Of a stretch of 64,000 bases of DNA, positions 1 through 9,482 are shown one piece after another. How positions within the stretch are numbered: position 1 is the stretch's first letter; every line of letters starts with the position of its first letter. Origin of the DNA: Spirochaetia bacterium (GTDB taxonomy: Bacteria > Spirochaetota > Spirochaetia > SZUA-6 > Fen-1364); the NCBI GenBank assembly GCA_049519415.1, contig JBEKQU010000007.1, positions 24,061 through 88,060 of the forward strand, read 5' to 3'. The position numbers were made by a program, and so were the translations under genes. The notes beneath the pieces were generated by a model. It was not told the DNA's origin. It was given only the letters and a program-made list of their open reading frames with translations, and searched no databases.

Positions 1-191
1 TTGAGCCTTCTGCGGCCGTTCGACGGACGGCGCTCCGCCTCCTGCGGGTTCACCCCCTCTGCGCGGCCGACGCCCTGCAACTTGCCGCGGCGCTCGCCGC
101 AGCGCAAGGCGACCCCTCCACGCTCGCGTTCATCTCCGGCGACGCCCGCCTGTCGGCCGCCGCCGACATCGAGGGCTTCCCGGTCACGTGA
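1..191 (+). CDS. 3' end of a PIN-domain (VapC-like) protein; translated C-terminus ...ADALQLAAALAAAQGDPSTLAFISGDARLSAAADIEGFPVT then TGA at 189-191
   Basis: Frame-3 translation read directly from the sequence. The D-x-L-x-AA ... FIS-D-x-L C-terminal pattern is typical of PIN toxins. The 5' part lies outside the window. Confidence 0.45.
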   Translation, partial: EPSAAVRRTALRLLRVHPLCAADALQLAAALAAAQGDPSTLAFISGDARLSAAADIEGFPVT

Positions 192-664
192 GCCCCTGCG
201 GCCTGGCGGTGTTCTTCAACTAAGGAGAGGAACCGGGCCCGCCGGAATTATGGGCCGCTGTATCGCTCCTCGTGTCGCCGCAGCGCCCTCGATGACCCTG
301 GCGAGGGCCGTCTGCGGGACTTTGACGTGCTGGTGGAACGCGCTTTGACGCGAAACGCGGGCCGGGGAGGGCGTCGTCAGGCATTTCGGAAGAGCAAGGG
401 AAGCGAACCGGGTCCCGAGACGAGATGGCAGACGTTGCAGCAGGCTCCCATCGACCCAACTGTTTGCAGGAACTTACAGCAGCTTGTAGTGAGTTGCAGA
501 GAGCCTCGCGCCGACCCGGGTTGAGATCGCTTTCCTGAACCGTAGGTCGGATGTTCGAGTCATCTCTGGGGCAAACGCTTCTCGACTGGAAATTCGGACC
601 CTTCTCCACCTCCACAACGTACCGGCCCCCTGCGGCGGCGCCTCCAGCACAAGCTTTCCGTGGC

Positions 665-1786
665 TCATGGTTTGAGCGGCCTCGCGCAGCTCTCCCTCAC
701 CTTCAGCTCGGGCGAGAGTAGCACCCGCGTTACCAGCAGGCCGCGGTTTCGAATCCGGTTCAGCAGCTGCTTCCCCGCATGCTTTCCAAGGTCGAACGTG
801 GGGCTGTGGACGGTAGTGAGCGGCGGCGCCGAGTGGGATGACAGCGAGATGTCGTCGAAGCCGATCACGCTCAGCTCCTCGGGTACCTTTCGAACGCCCT
901 TCACGCCGGCCATGGCGCCGAGGGCCAGCGTGTCACTCGCGCAGAATACAGCGGTGATGTCGGGTGCTTTATCCATGAGCGTACGAATGCCTTCCGATCC
1001 GTCCTGGGAAGTCCAGCCGTCCAGCGGCACGACGAGCTTATCGTCAAATGGGATCCTGTTTTCCTGGAGCGCTCGAAGGTAGCCGTCGAACCTGTCCTGG
1101 GCCGCAAGGGAGGCGGCAGGGCCACGCAGGCATCCGATCCGCCGATGCCCCAGCCCGATGAGATACGCAATCGCCTTGTGCGCGCCGCTCCTGTTGTTCA
1201 CCGCAAGCGAATCGAATCTCTGGTCGATATCGTCGACGCTGGGGTTGATCAGGACACAGGGAAGACCGCGCTCGTGGATATCGCCGACAAGCGAGGTCGA
1301 GCTCGCCTCTGCCAGGAGCACGCCGTCCACTTTTCCCTCCAGCCCTGCAACGATCTCCCGGTTCTCCTTGTCGTCGTCGTCGAGATAGGAGAACAGGAGA
1401 TGCCGCCGGGACTCGCGCAGTGTGCCCTGGATCCCCTCCATGACCTTGTAATAGTAAAAGTCGTCCTGGATGCTGCGCACCGGCACGTGCTGCCTGCCCA
1501 CAAGGAAACCGATCGTGCCCGTTTCGCTAGCCGTTGCCCTGTCCAGCCGGGCGTCCGCCGCGACGTAGGTCCCGCTGCCGACGGATCGGGTGACTAAACC
1601 GTCGTTCGCCAGGCCCAGAATGGTGTTGCGTGCGGTGGCACGGCTCACTCCATACATGAGCGTGAGCTCCCGTTCCGAGGGAACCTTGTCTCCCGGCGCG
1701 AGCTTCCCCGTGCGAATCTGCTCTAAAATGAGATCCTTGAGCTGCTTCACCAAGCTTCTGTCCGGCCTTCGTACGAGTTGTTTCAT
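665..1786 (-). CDS. Transcriptional regulator with GntR-type HTH N-terminus fused to a LacI/periplasmic-binding-protein-like sugar-binding domain
   Basis: 373-aa ORF. The N-terminus (ERELTLMYGVSRATARNTILGLANDGLV) is a GntR-type wHTH and the remainder resembles a LacI-type ligand domain. It is divergent from the ABC operon. An AGGAAG RBS precedes the ATG at 1786. Confidence 0.8.
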   Translation of the reverse strand: MKQLVRRPDRSLVKQLKDLILEQIRTGKLAPGDKVPSERELTLMYGVSRATARNTILGLANDGLVTRSVGSGTYVAADARLDRATASETGTIGFLVGRQHVPVRSIQDDFYYYKVMEGIQGTLRESRRHLLFSYLDDDDKENREIVAGLEGKVDGVLLAEASSTSLVGDIHERGLPCVLINPSVDDIDQRFDSLAVNNRSGAHKAIAYLIGLGHRRIGCLRGPAASLAAQDRFDGYLRALQENRIPFDDKLVVPLDGWTSQDGSEGIRTLMDKAPDITAVFCASDTLALGAMAGVKGVRKVPEELSVIGFDDISLSSHSAPPLTTVHSPTFDLGKHAGKQLLNRIRNRGLLVTRVLLSPELKVRESCARPLKP

Positions 1787-1809
1787 CGATTCGCTTCCTG
1801 TGACTAATG

Positions 1810-1890
1810 GTTATATCCACTCTCTCGGCTTCTGTCAAACAATAATTGGTTATAATCACTTGACAGAAGTGGTATACTAATGTTTTAAAT
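1810..1890. promoter_or_regulatory. Divergent promoter region. Inverted repeat TCTGTCAA (1831-1838) / TTGACAGA (1860-1867), each half carrying a TTGACA -35 box. Minus-strand promoter TTGACA-17-TATAAC drives the regulator. Plus-strand promoter TTGACA-N18/19-TTTAAAT drives the SBP operon.
   Basis: Read directly in the 154-nt intergenic region between the regulator (minus) and the SBP gene (plus). Confidence 0.45.
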
Positions 1891-1940
1891 ATGGTCCCAG
1901 AGTGGACCGTCCATTTCAAGATCAGAGGAGGAGATGTACG

Positions 1941-3173
1941 ATGAGAAAGCTCACACTGCTGGTTCCGATACTCATGATTGCTCTCGCGATGTCAGTGTTC
2001 GCCGGCGGCGCAAAAGAACAAACCGCGCAGGGCCCGGCAACGGTCAGTCTTGGCTACTCTGGCGGTGTCTGGATCGAGAAATATTTCGACCAGGTCCTGG
2101 CCGGTCTCGCTCAATCCATGCCGAACCTCCAGGTGAAGAAGGTGGTGTACCCCACCTATGATGACCTCTTGAACGGCCTCCCCACCCAGGTCGCTGCCAA
2201 GACCAACCCGGACGTTCTGTACTGGACCAACGAGCAGCTTGCCGATTACGTGAACAACGGCGTGCTCGCCCCGCTGGACACGCTCGTTCCGCAGACGCAC
2301 ATCGATTTGGGCGCTTTCTACAAGGGCCTGGTGCAGGGGTGGTCGATGAACGGCAAGCTTTATGGGATTCCGTTCAACGGGCAGAACTCCGCCATGGTCG
2401 TCAACCTCGACCTGCTGAAGAAGGCGGGCATCGACGGGCTTCCGAAGACTATCCAGGAACTCGGGCAGGACGCGGCCCTCGTCACGAAGACAGGCGCCAC
2501 GGGGCTCGTGATCCTCGACAACCTGTTCCATCTCTCCCAGTACGTCTACGCTTTCGGTGGAGGGTGGGGCAACGGGAAGACCATCAACACGCCGCAGAAC
2601 GCCCAGGCGCTGCAGTTCCTGGTGGACATGTTCACAAAGGACAAGTCCGCGGCCACCGCCAAGCAGCTCGGTGCGGCCTGGGATGGTGAAGCATTCGCCA
2701 AGGGCACGGTTGGATTCTCCACCGGCGGGCCGTGGTACATCGGCTACATGCAGCAGGCCGGACCGGACGTCCACTACCAGCTCATGCCCATCCCTACGGC
2801 CAGTGGAGGCACGGCGATGGTGACCTACGGAGGCGGGCTGTCGGTGTTCGCGAACGTGAAGGACACGCGCAGCGCCATCCGCCTGATCGAATACCTCACG
2901 AACGAAGAGAACATGAAGCTCATGGCCACCAGCGGTCTGAAGTACCTGCCTGCGCGCACCGCAGACATGGACCTGTACGTCTCCCAGGTGCCGGAGTTCG
3001 CTCCGCTGAAGACCGCCTTCTTCACCGGCACGGCGCTGGACTACCCGCCGGCAATCAAGGAGTTCGGTGACGAGCTGATCAAGGGCTTCGAACAGATGGT
3101 GTTCCAGCCGGAAGGAGGGCTTACCCCGCAAGCTCTCCTTTCCACGCTTCAGCAGAAGTACGGCATAAAGTAG
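1941..3173 (+). CDS. ABC transporter substrate-binding protein (extracellular solute-binding family 1, sugar/oligosaccharide)
   Basis: Signal-peptide-like N-terminus MRKLTLLVPILMIALAMSVFAGGA. AGGAGG RBS 6 nt before the ATG at 1941. CUT1-type SBP architecture followed by two permeases. Confidence 0.85.
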   Translation: MRKLTLLVPILMIALAMSVFAGGAKEQTAQGPATVSLGYSGGVWIEKYFDQVLAGLAQSMPNLQVKKVVYPTYDDLLNGLPTQVAAKTNPDVLYWTNEQLADYVNNGVLAPLDTLVPQTHIDLGAFYKGLVQGWSMNGKLYGIPFNGQNSAMVVNLDLLKKAGIDGLPKTIQELGQDAALVTKTGATGLVILDNLFHLSQYVYAFGGGWGNGKTINTPQNAQALQFLVDMFTKDKSAATAKQLGAAWDGEAFAKGTVGFSTGGPWYIGYMQQAGPDVHYQLMPIPTASGGTAMVTYGGGLSVFANVKDTRSAIRLIEYLTNEENMKLMATSGLKYLPARTADMDLYVSQVPEFAPLKTAFFTGTALDYPPAIKEFGDELIKGFEQMVFQPEGGLTPQALLSTLQQKYGIK

Positions 3174-3179
3174 CGGCGG

Positions 3180-4130
3180 ATGCCCGCCGCTACCTCCTCG
3201 CCGCCAGGAGCGTCCACGCTCTCCCGGCGGCCGCGCCGGAGCCGCGCACGGCGCGGGGATACCGCCTCTGCGTACATGCTCCTTGCGCCCGCTCTCGCGC
3301 TGCTGGCCGTCTGGTTTCTTTATCCCATCGTCTCGTCGTTCCTCCTGAGCATGCAGGAGGTAAACGTCTTTCACTATTCGCAGCGCACGTGGGTGGGCCT
3401 TGCCAACTTCCAGCGGCTTCTCTTCGATCCTGTATTCCGGTCCACAATCCGCATCACGCTTACGTTCGTGCTCATCGTGGTGCCGGCCCAGACCGTGCTC
3501 GCGCTTTTTACCGCTGTACTCGTGCAGGGATTGCGCCGGCTCAGAACTTTCTACCGGACGGCGCTGTTCGTGCCCTATGTCACCTCCACCGTCGCTGTGA
3601 CCGCCGTGTTCATGGACCTGTTCACCGTCCACTCCGCGCTGCCGGTCTTCTTCAGCAGGCTGGGCCTTGCGGACGTGAGCTGGTTTGCCGACGTGCACCT
3701 GGCCCTTCCTTTCCTGGCGATGATCTACGTCTGGATGAACCTGGGATTGTACATGGTGATCTTCCTCTCCGGCCTGCAGACCGTGCCGGCAGAGCTGTAC
3801 GAGGCAGCGCGTGTGGACGGGGCAGGGGCGGTGCATGAACTTCTCTTCATCACAGTCCCATCCCTGCGCCCCTTCATGCTCTTCGTGGTCATTTCAGGAA
3901 TGATCGGCGCGTTTCAGATCTTCGACCAGGCCTACGTAGTCTCCGGCGGAACCGTAATGGGAGGGCCGGCAGGCGCCACGAGCACCATCGTGATCTTCAT
4001 TTTTGCGCAGGCCTTCCGCTACAACAAGCTCGGCTCCGCGAGCGCCGCGGCTGTCCTGTTCCTCGTTGTCGTGTCCCTGGCGACCCTCGTCATGCGTCGG
4101 ATCTTCCGGGAGGAAACGCGTGCCGCATAG
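3180..4130 (+). CDS. Sugar ABC transporter permease (MalF/UgpA-like)
   Basis: Multiple hydrophobic TM segments and a permease motif region (EAARVDGAG). The start is uncertain: either ATG 3180 or ATG 3273. Confidence 0.8.
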   Translation: MPAATSSPPGASTLSRRPRRSRARRGDTASAYMLLAPALALLAVWFLYPIVSSFLLSMQEVNVFHYSQRTWVGLANFQRLLFDPVFRSTIRITLTFVLIVVPAQTVLALFTAVLVQGLRRLRTFYRTALFVPYVTSTVAVTAVFMDLFTVHSALPVFFSRLGLADVSWFADVHLALPFLAMIYVWMNLGLYMVIFLSGLQTVPAELYEAARVDGAGAVHELLFITVPSLRPFMLFVVISGMIGAFQIFDQAYVVSGGTVMGGPAGATSTIVIFIFAQAFRYNKLGSASAAAVLFLVVVSLATLVMRRIFREETRAA

Positions 4131-4950
4131 ATTTCCCGGCGCGCGCGCGCCAGTCGTCGCCGTGCGATACGTCGTCGTCTCTCTCGTGGCCGGCGTTCTG
4201 CTCCTGCCGCTGCTGTACGCGCTGTACGCCTCCTTCGAGCTGCCCAAGGACTATGGCAAGTTCGTAGGCCTCGGGGCGCTCACCACATGGAATTACGGGC
4301 AGATGGTGACCCTCGTACCGCTTCTCCGGTGGTACCTCAACACCATCATAGTCACGGCCATCATCATGGCAGGCAACTTTCTGGTGAACACTCCGGCTGG
4401 CTTCGCCCTGGCCCGCCTGAACTTCAAGGGCAAGCGCGCCGTGTTCGTCCTTATCCTCTCCATCATGATGGTTCCGCTCCAAGCGTACCTCATCCCGCTG
4501 TATCTCTTTGTGGCGCAGCTTGGCTGGCTGAACACCTACGCTTCCCTCACGGTGCCGTTCATCGTCTACTGCTTCTTCATCTTCCTGATGCGGCAGTACT
4601 TCTCCACCCTCCCGCGTGAATACGACGACGCGGCCGAGGTGGATGGCCTTGGGAAGATCGGAACGTTCCTCACAATCGGGCTTCCGCTCTCTGGGCCGGC
4701 GCTGGTGACCCAGATGGTTTTGGGCTTCACCCTGACGTGGAACAGCTTCCTCATCCCGGTCACCATGACCACGGACAAGTCGATGTTCGTGCTCACCGTG
4801 GGCCTGAACACTCTCAAGTCCCAGTACTACGACTTCCCCACGGTGACGATGGCCGGGGTGATCCTTCTCAGCGTGCCGGTGATCGCCGTCTTCGTGCTGT
4901 TCCAGCGCTCCATTGTGCCCAGCCTTGCCTCCAGCGGTGTGAAGGGATGA
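4120..4950 (+). CDS. Sugar ABC transporter permease (MalG/UgpE-like)
   Basis: GTG start at 4120 with a GGGAGG RBS upstream. TM-rich, with an EAA-like loop (DDAAEVDGLG). Confidence 0.8.
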   Translation: MPHRFPGARAPVVAVRYVVVSLVAGVLLLPLLYALYASFELPKDYGKFVGLGALTTWNYGQMVTLVPLLRWYLNTIIVTAIIMAGNFLVNTPAGFALARLNFKGKRAVFVLILSIMMVPLQAYLIPLYLFVAQLGWLNTYASLTVPFIVYCFFIFLMRQYFSTLPREYDDAAEVDGLGKIGTFLTIGLPLSGPALVTQMVLGFTLTWNSFLIPVTMTTDKSMFVLTVGLNTLKSQYYDFPTVTMAGVILLSVPVIAVFVLFQRSIVPSLASSGVKG

Positions 4951-7097
4951 TGAAGAGAAGCCTTGGTTTGCCGCGGGGGGCGCGGCTCCACTTTACGGAG
5001 GACATTGGCGAAGGCATCGGCTTGGAGCTCCGGCTCGGTACGCGGGTGGTTGCCTGGTGCCCGCATCCCGTCTCCGCCCAACTCTTTGCGCAAGGCCGGC
5101 TGGAATGGCACCGTTCGGGCTACTCCCATTGTGCGCCGGTGACTAACGGGATTGTCGCGCGCGGGGATCTGCACCTCGCCTCTTCACGCCTATTCTTCAC
5201 GGACCGATATACGCTGGGGGACGATCACATCAATCTTGCCCGGCGCGTGGAAGTACGAGGGGATTCAGCGGACCACGGATTTTTGAGCGCGCTCGAGTGG
5301 AACCTGCCGGACGCGGGAACCGATGACCAGTGGTTTGCGCCGGGGATCTGGTACGGCATTAACGATCGCGTCCCCCCGTATGCAATCGGTGCTCCTGCGG
5401 CGCGGCGAGCGCAGGAGAACGTGGTCTTCCGGGAGGACAGGCTGACGCTGCCTTTTGCGCTGCATTACGACGAGGCGAAGCGCATTTCCTTTGCAGTCTC
5501 GCACCTTGCGGCCGGAGGAGAGACAGTTGCGGCTGATGACGACGATGCTCCTCTCATCGACGGCAGGCTGTGCTTCGGCTCCTTCGGCATGACCCACGGC
5601 GGTCGGACGTTCGCGTTCTGGTTCCCTGGTACGGAAGGGGAGACAAGCTATCCGCCCATGTGGACGCTGGGCCGCGGAAACAACCAGAAAGATTCTCCCG
5701 TGAATCCCTTTCAGGGCAAGAGCACAACAGCAGGAGCGCGAACCTGGAGCTATCGCTTCCATCCCCTTCAGGACGGCTTCCGCCAGAACTGCCTCCTTCG
5801 CGTAGATTGCCGGCGTGCCTCGCGCTTCTCCGCTGCGAGCGACGCGCAGTGGAAGCGCGTCTCTGCAGCGTACAGGCCGCGCGCGCTGCGCGTGGACCTT
5901 GACCGCGTGGAACGCGTCAGTATCGGCCTGCTTGCGGGCATGACGGTGCGCGCGGGGGAAGCGACAGGCATCCCCACGTGGGTGGACTGCTTCGGCGGTA
6001 CTACAGGCAAACTGCAGAACACATTCGGCATCGGGTTTGTATCGCGCAACCTCGAAGCGGCATTCCTCCTGCTGCAATACGGACGCCGTCTGGGAAACTC
6101 CGACTTCGTTGCCCGGGGAACCGAGATCCTTGATTTCTGGACCGCGTGCAGCGGCCTGGGGCTCTCCCATACGGAATACGATCCCGGCACCCGGGCTTGG
6201 GTGGATGCCATGGAAGGCGACACTTCTGGGGTGTTCCTGCGCGATCAGTCCGATTCCCGCCGTGCCTGCCTCCAGGCATTGCAGCTCGAGAACGAGCATG
6301 GTGTTTCGCATCCCGCATGGCTGCAGTGGGCAAAGAGCTATGGCGACTGGCTCCTGGCGCATGAGGGGCCCCAACCAGTTTTTCAACGAGCGTACACGCT
6401 GGACGGAGCACCGATTGGTTCCACTCCATCAGATTGCTCCCATGTGATTCCCTTTCTGCTCGCGCTCGATCAAGTGGCGGGCACGACGACCTACACGCGG
6501 CTCGCGCTGAAGACAGCGCAATTCCTTTGGGAGAGATTCCACGCCGCCCGCATCTTCGTTGGAGGAACTCTGGACAACCCCAACTGCACTGACAAGGAAG
6601 CCGCGGCGCTCGCCTTCGAAGCATACCTCGGCCTCTTCGAGGCTACCGGCGCCCGCCGCTGGCTACATGCGGCGGAAGAGGCGGCCAGGGCCTGCGAAAC
6701 CTGGATCTTCCAGTGGAATATTCCCATGCCGGCTGACGATCCCGCGCGTTTCTTTCCTGCTGGTCGGACCACTGTGGGATTCCAGCTCATCACAACAGGC
6801 TTCTCCGCGTTCGACGTCTACCTCACGCGGAACGTGGGCGAGTTTGCGCGGCTTGCCCGGTCCACGGGAGACAGTCACTACCGCGACGTGGCGAAGATCC
6901 TTCTTCACAACACCAAGTGCATGGTCCAGCTCGAAAACGAATACGGCTATGCGCGGCCGGGCATGCAGATCGAGCACTGGTCAACGGGGCGCGGCCGAGG
7001 TTTCGGGCTCAACTCTGGATGGCTTCCATGGGTGACTACGAGCCACCTGGTCTCCATCAGCGCAGCCAGCGCGGAACTCTCCTTGAATGATCGATAA
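4947..7097 (+). CDS. Large uncharacterised protein (about 716 aa), possibly an (alpha/alpha)6-barrel glycoside hydrolase/lyase-like enzyme
   Basis: ATG at 4947 overlaps the permease stop (ATGA coupling). No family confidently recognised. Trp/Tyr/acidic-rich segments suggest a carbohydrate-active enzyme. Sits at the end of the ABC operon. Confidence 0.45.
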   Translation: MMKRSLGLPRGARLHFTEDIGEGIGLELRLGTRVVAWCPHPVSAQLFAQGRLEWHRSGYSHCAPVTNGIVARGDLHLASSRLFFTDRYTLGDDHINLARRVEVRGDSADHGFLSALEWNLPDAGTDDQWFAPGIWYGINDRVPPYAIGAPAARRAQENVVFREDRLTLPFALHYDEAKRISFAVSHLAAGGETVAADDDDAPLIDGRLCFGSFGMTHGGRTFAFWFPGTEGETSYPPMWTLGRGNNQKDSPVNPFQGKSTTAGARTWSYRFHPLQDGFRQNCLLRVDCRRASRFSAASDAQWKRVSAAYRPRALRVDLDRVERVSIGLLAGMTVRAGEATGIPTWVDCFGGTTGKLQNTFGIGFVSRNLEAAFLLLQYGRRLGNSDFVARGTEILDFWTACSGLGLSHTEYDPGTRAWVDAMEGDTSGVFLRDQSDSRRACLQALQLENEHGVSHPAWLQWAKSYGDWLLAHEGPQPVFQRAYTLDGAPIGSTPSDCSHVIPFLLALDQVAGTTTYTRLALKTAQFLWERFHAARIFVGGTLDNPNCTDKEAAALAFEAYLGLFEATGARRWLHAAEEAARACETWIFQWNIPMPADDPARFFPAGRTTVGFQLITTGFSAFDVYLTRNVGEFARLARSTGDSHYRDVAKILLHNTKCMVQLENEYGYARPGMQIEHWSTGRGRGFGLNSGWLPWVTTSHLVSISAASAELSLNDR

Positions 7098-7327
7098 ATG
7101 ATAGACAAATCAATTCCTGTCGGCTGGGCGCCGGCAGGGTGAGCGTGCCAGCGCCGGACCCCAGGGTCCCCCGGCGGGCGTGAATGGAGTGCCAGTCGAG
7201 GCGCTTTGAGCCGCAGGAGTCCCCCGATAATGGGTCGCGCCGCTTGGCTATGCACCATGTTGATAGCTTTTCTTGCCGGGAGGGCATGGTCCCACCAGGG
7301 GGGCGGAGCAGGGGATAGGGCAGGGTT

Positions 7328-7468
7328 TCAGTTCAGGGAGCTGGGATCGAGTCCCGGCGGTGCTCTGCCTATCTTGATGAGATGGCGCAGGATCTTGGCA
7401 GCCTCAGAAGGATTGGTGATGACCGCGATGAGCTTCATCTCGGATCCACACCGAGGGCAGATTAAGGG
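7328..7468 (-). mobile_element. IS91-family-like transposase C-terminal remnant (CPRCGSEMKLIAVITNPSEAAKILRHLIKIGRAPPGLDP)
   Basis: The zinc-finger CPxCG followed by ...IL.HLG..PP tail is characteristic of IS91/IS801 transposase C-termini. Only about 45 aa are present and it is fused in frame to unrelated upstream sequence. Confidence 0.4.
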
Positions 7469-8247
7469 ATCGAGCTCGTAGACGTCCGCGGTCTCGGAGC
7501 CCGCATACAAGCTAAAAAATTCGCTGGCATACGTCATGAAGAGCACGTCTTGCTCGTGGGTCATGGTCTTCTTGTCATACTGGTCCGGCAGCGACGGCCA
7601 CGTGCCGGAGTCACCGAACTTCAGCTTTGCAAGGGCTGCCTTCTGCGCCGCCGTGAGGGACGCCGCAATTTTCCATACAGAGCGGCCCGGCCGAGGCTGA
7701 GCGTCCCGTCTATCGCGTAGATGTCCCCGACCCAGGAGGTGACGGCCGGCTGGGAAAGCTGCGTGGCGCCGGTCGGGAACGTCCCCTCCATGTTCTGCCG
7801 GAACGCCTTGATGAGCACCAGGCGCTTGTCGGCCACCTGAGTGTAGAGGGGCGCCTGCTCGGCGGCGAGTGATTTCATGAGCGCCTTCTGATCATCGTCC
7901 AGGACGGCGAGGACGTTGTTGCAGATGTTCGTGAGGAACATCGAGTTGTGACCTGCCTGGCGTGCGTCGATGTCGCGCATGTACTGGAAACCGAAATAGT
8001 CGGCCACCTTGCCGGGAGGCATGAAGGTGTCGGCGCCGAACGTGCCGGTCAGGAAGGCGAGGCCGGAAAAGGAATACGTGTCGAGCTGTGCTTTCCACGA
8101 CGCCGCCTGCTCGAGGGTGTAGGCCTGGGCCGGCCCTGGCCCGGGGCCGCCGCCTTGCCATCTGCTTCGTCCGCCGCAGCACCCTCGTGAACTCACGGCG
8201 CCGCTCGCGACACTTGCTGTTGTGCTCGCAGAAAGCTTCTCCTTCAC
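7469..8247 (-). pseudogene. Frameshifted gene for a hypothetical protein. A coherent segment DTYSFSGLAFLTGTFGADTFMPPGKVADYFGFQYMRDIDARQAGHNSMFL... continues in another frame as ...AAQKAALAKLKFGDSGTWPSLPDQYDKKTMTHEQDVLFMTYASEFF...
   Basis: The ORF 8247..7621 ends in a low-complexity tail (RRPSRRRRRQPLQS). Translation of the adjacent frame continues protein-like sequence without a stop, so a frameshift near 7640 is inferred. Confidence 0.35.
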
Positions 8248-8390
8248 GCAGTTCAGGGGAGCCCTCAGGCAACGCGCGAGGTGACAATTCTAAAAAGTGC
8301 ACATGGATGCTCTCTTTGTACCGCCATATTCCTGGCTTATGCTTTTAGAATAAACTGGCAACATTCAATGAAGGCAAAAGGAAGAAGGGC

Positions 8391-9482
8391 ATGATGACTG
8401 AGGAGGCGCAAGCCAGGCAGGAAGCCTTCTGGAATCGCGAGCCTGCAGACAGGCCGGTGTGGGGGGTGAGCATCGGCTTCTTTCTGAACGAGGCATACCC
8501 TCGGGCCATGGCAAAGATCCCCCAGGGCCTCGTTCACCCGGACGACATTCCAATTGCAGAGATCCTGAAAGACTGCGACGAAAGGTTTGCTCTTCATCAG
8601 GGCCTCGGGGACTTCCCCTGCACGTGCGGCCCATTCTCCGGCATCCCCTGGCTTGAAGCGATCGCCGGCTGCCCTGTCATGGCGTCGCCGAGCAGCCTCT
8701 GGGCTGAGCCATGCTGCAATGACATCGGGGCCTGGCGCCCGCCGGGACCTGCCCGGCAAAGCGCGTGGGGACGTAAGCTGCTCGAGCTGATGGCCGCGCT
8801 GGTCAAGCACGCGGAGGGACGCTACCAGATATCTCCGGCCCTCATGCGGGGGCCTCTTGACATCCTGGCTGCACTGCGCGGTTCTTCCGGGCTCGTCCTC
8901 GACATGATCGACCATCCCGAGCGCGTCAACGCCGCGCTCGAGCATGGCGTCGGGATCTGGCAGGAGATCGGCCAGGCGCAGCTTGCCCTGCTGCCGCCAT
9001 CCCCGCAGGGGTACTTTGCGCTGGACGGCGCTCTTCGATCGTGGGCGCCAGACAAGCTGGTGTGGCTCCAGGAGGACGCGATGGCGCTGCTTTCCCCGGA
9101 TCTCTACCGCAGGCAGGTCCTTCCGCTCGACCGGAGACTCTCCGACGATTTCCGCTGCGTCGCTTTCCACCTGCATGGGTCCGCATTATGGGCGATAGAC
9201 GATCTGGTCGAAGTGCCGGGCATCGACGTGCTGGAGCTGAACCTCGAGGACGCAATGTGCGACGTTGAAGGCACGTTCGCGGGATGGAAGAAGATCCAGC
9301 AGCGCAAGCCTCTGGTGGTGTGGCGAAAGTACGGGAACGACTTCGGTTCATGGCTTAAGCGGATCTACAACGAGCTGCGACCCGATGGATTAAACATCCA
9401 GGTCAGCGTGCGCAACCGGGCCGAGGCAGAGGAAGTCATGGATGCGTTTCGCTCAGGCGACAATCGCCAAGACGATAGATGA
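8391..9482 (+). CDS. URO-D / MtaA-CmuA superfamily protein, paralog 1
   Basis: N-terminal ...REPADRPVWG motif and the C-terminal TIM-barrel signature VAFHLHGSALWAIDDLVEVPGIDVLELNLE. The Cys of the H-x-C-G zinc motif is replaced (HLHG). Confidence 0.6.
   Translation: MMTEEAQARQEAFWNREPADRPVWGVSIGFFLNEAYPRAMAKIPQGLVHPDDIPIAEILKDCDERFALHQGLGDFPCTCGPFSGIPWLEAIAGCPVMASPSSLWAEPCCNDIGAWRPPGPARQSAWGRKLLELMAALVKHAEGRYQISPALMRGPLDILAALRGSSGLVLDMIDHPERVNAALEHGVGIWQEIGQAQLALLPPSPQGYFALDGALRSWAPDKLVWLQEDAMALLSPDLYRRQVLPLDRRLSDDFRCVAFHLHGSALWAIDDLVEVPGIDVLELNLEDAMCDVEGTFAGWKKIQQRKPLVVWRKYGNDFGSWLKRIYNELRPDGLNIQVSVRNRAEAEEVMDAFRSGDNRQDDR

Noticed and set aside
549-573. tRNA-like T-arm (GGATG-TTCGAGT-CATCT followed by CTGGGGC)
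   Set aside because: No complementary 5' acceptor strand or anticodon arm could be found in the preceding 70-90 nt. At most it is a fragment, not a tRNA gene.
1992-3836. Long ORFs antisense to or overlapping confidently called genes: 1992..3836 (614 aa), 5265..6386, 8337..9176, 16354..17676, 43657..45777 (706 aa), 48230..49579
   Set aside because: They are Arg/Pro/Gly/His-rich and low in complexity. They overlap genes with clear family signatures on the other strand. Long antisense ORFs are expected by chance at about 65% GC.
8300-8345. Possible third copy of the TTTAGAA motif upstream of URO-D paralog 1 (GCTTTTAGAATAAAC)
   Set aside because: Only a 7-mer core is shared and its orientation relative to the downstream gene is opposite to copies A and B. 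Too weak to call.
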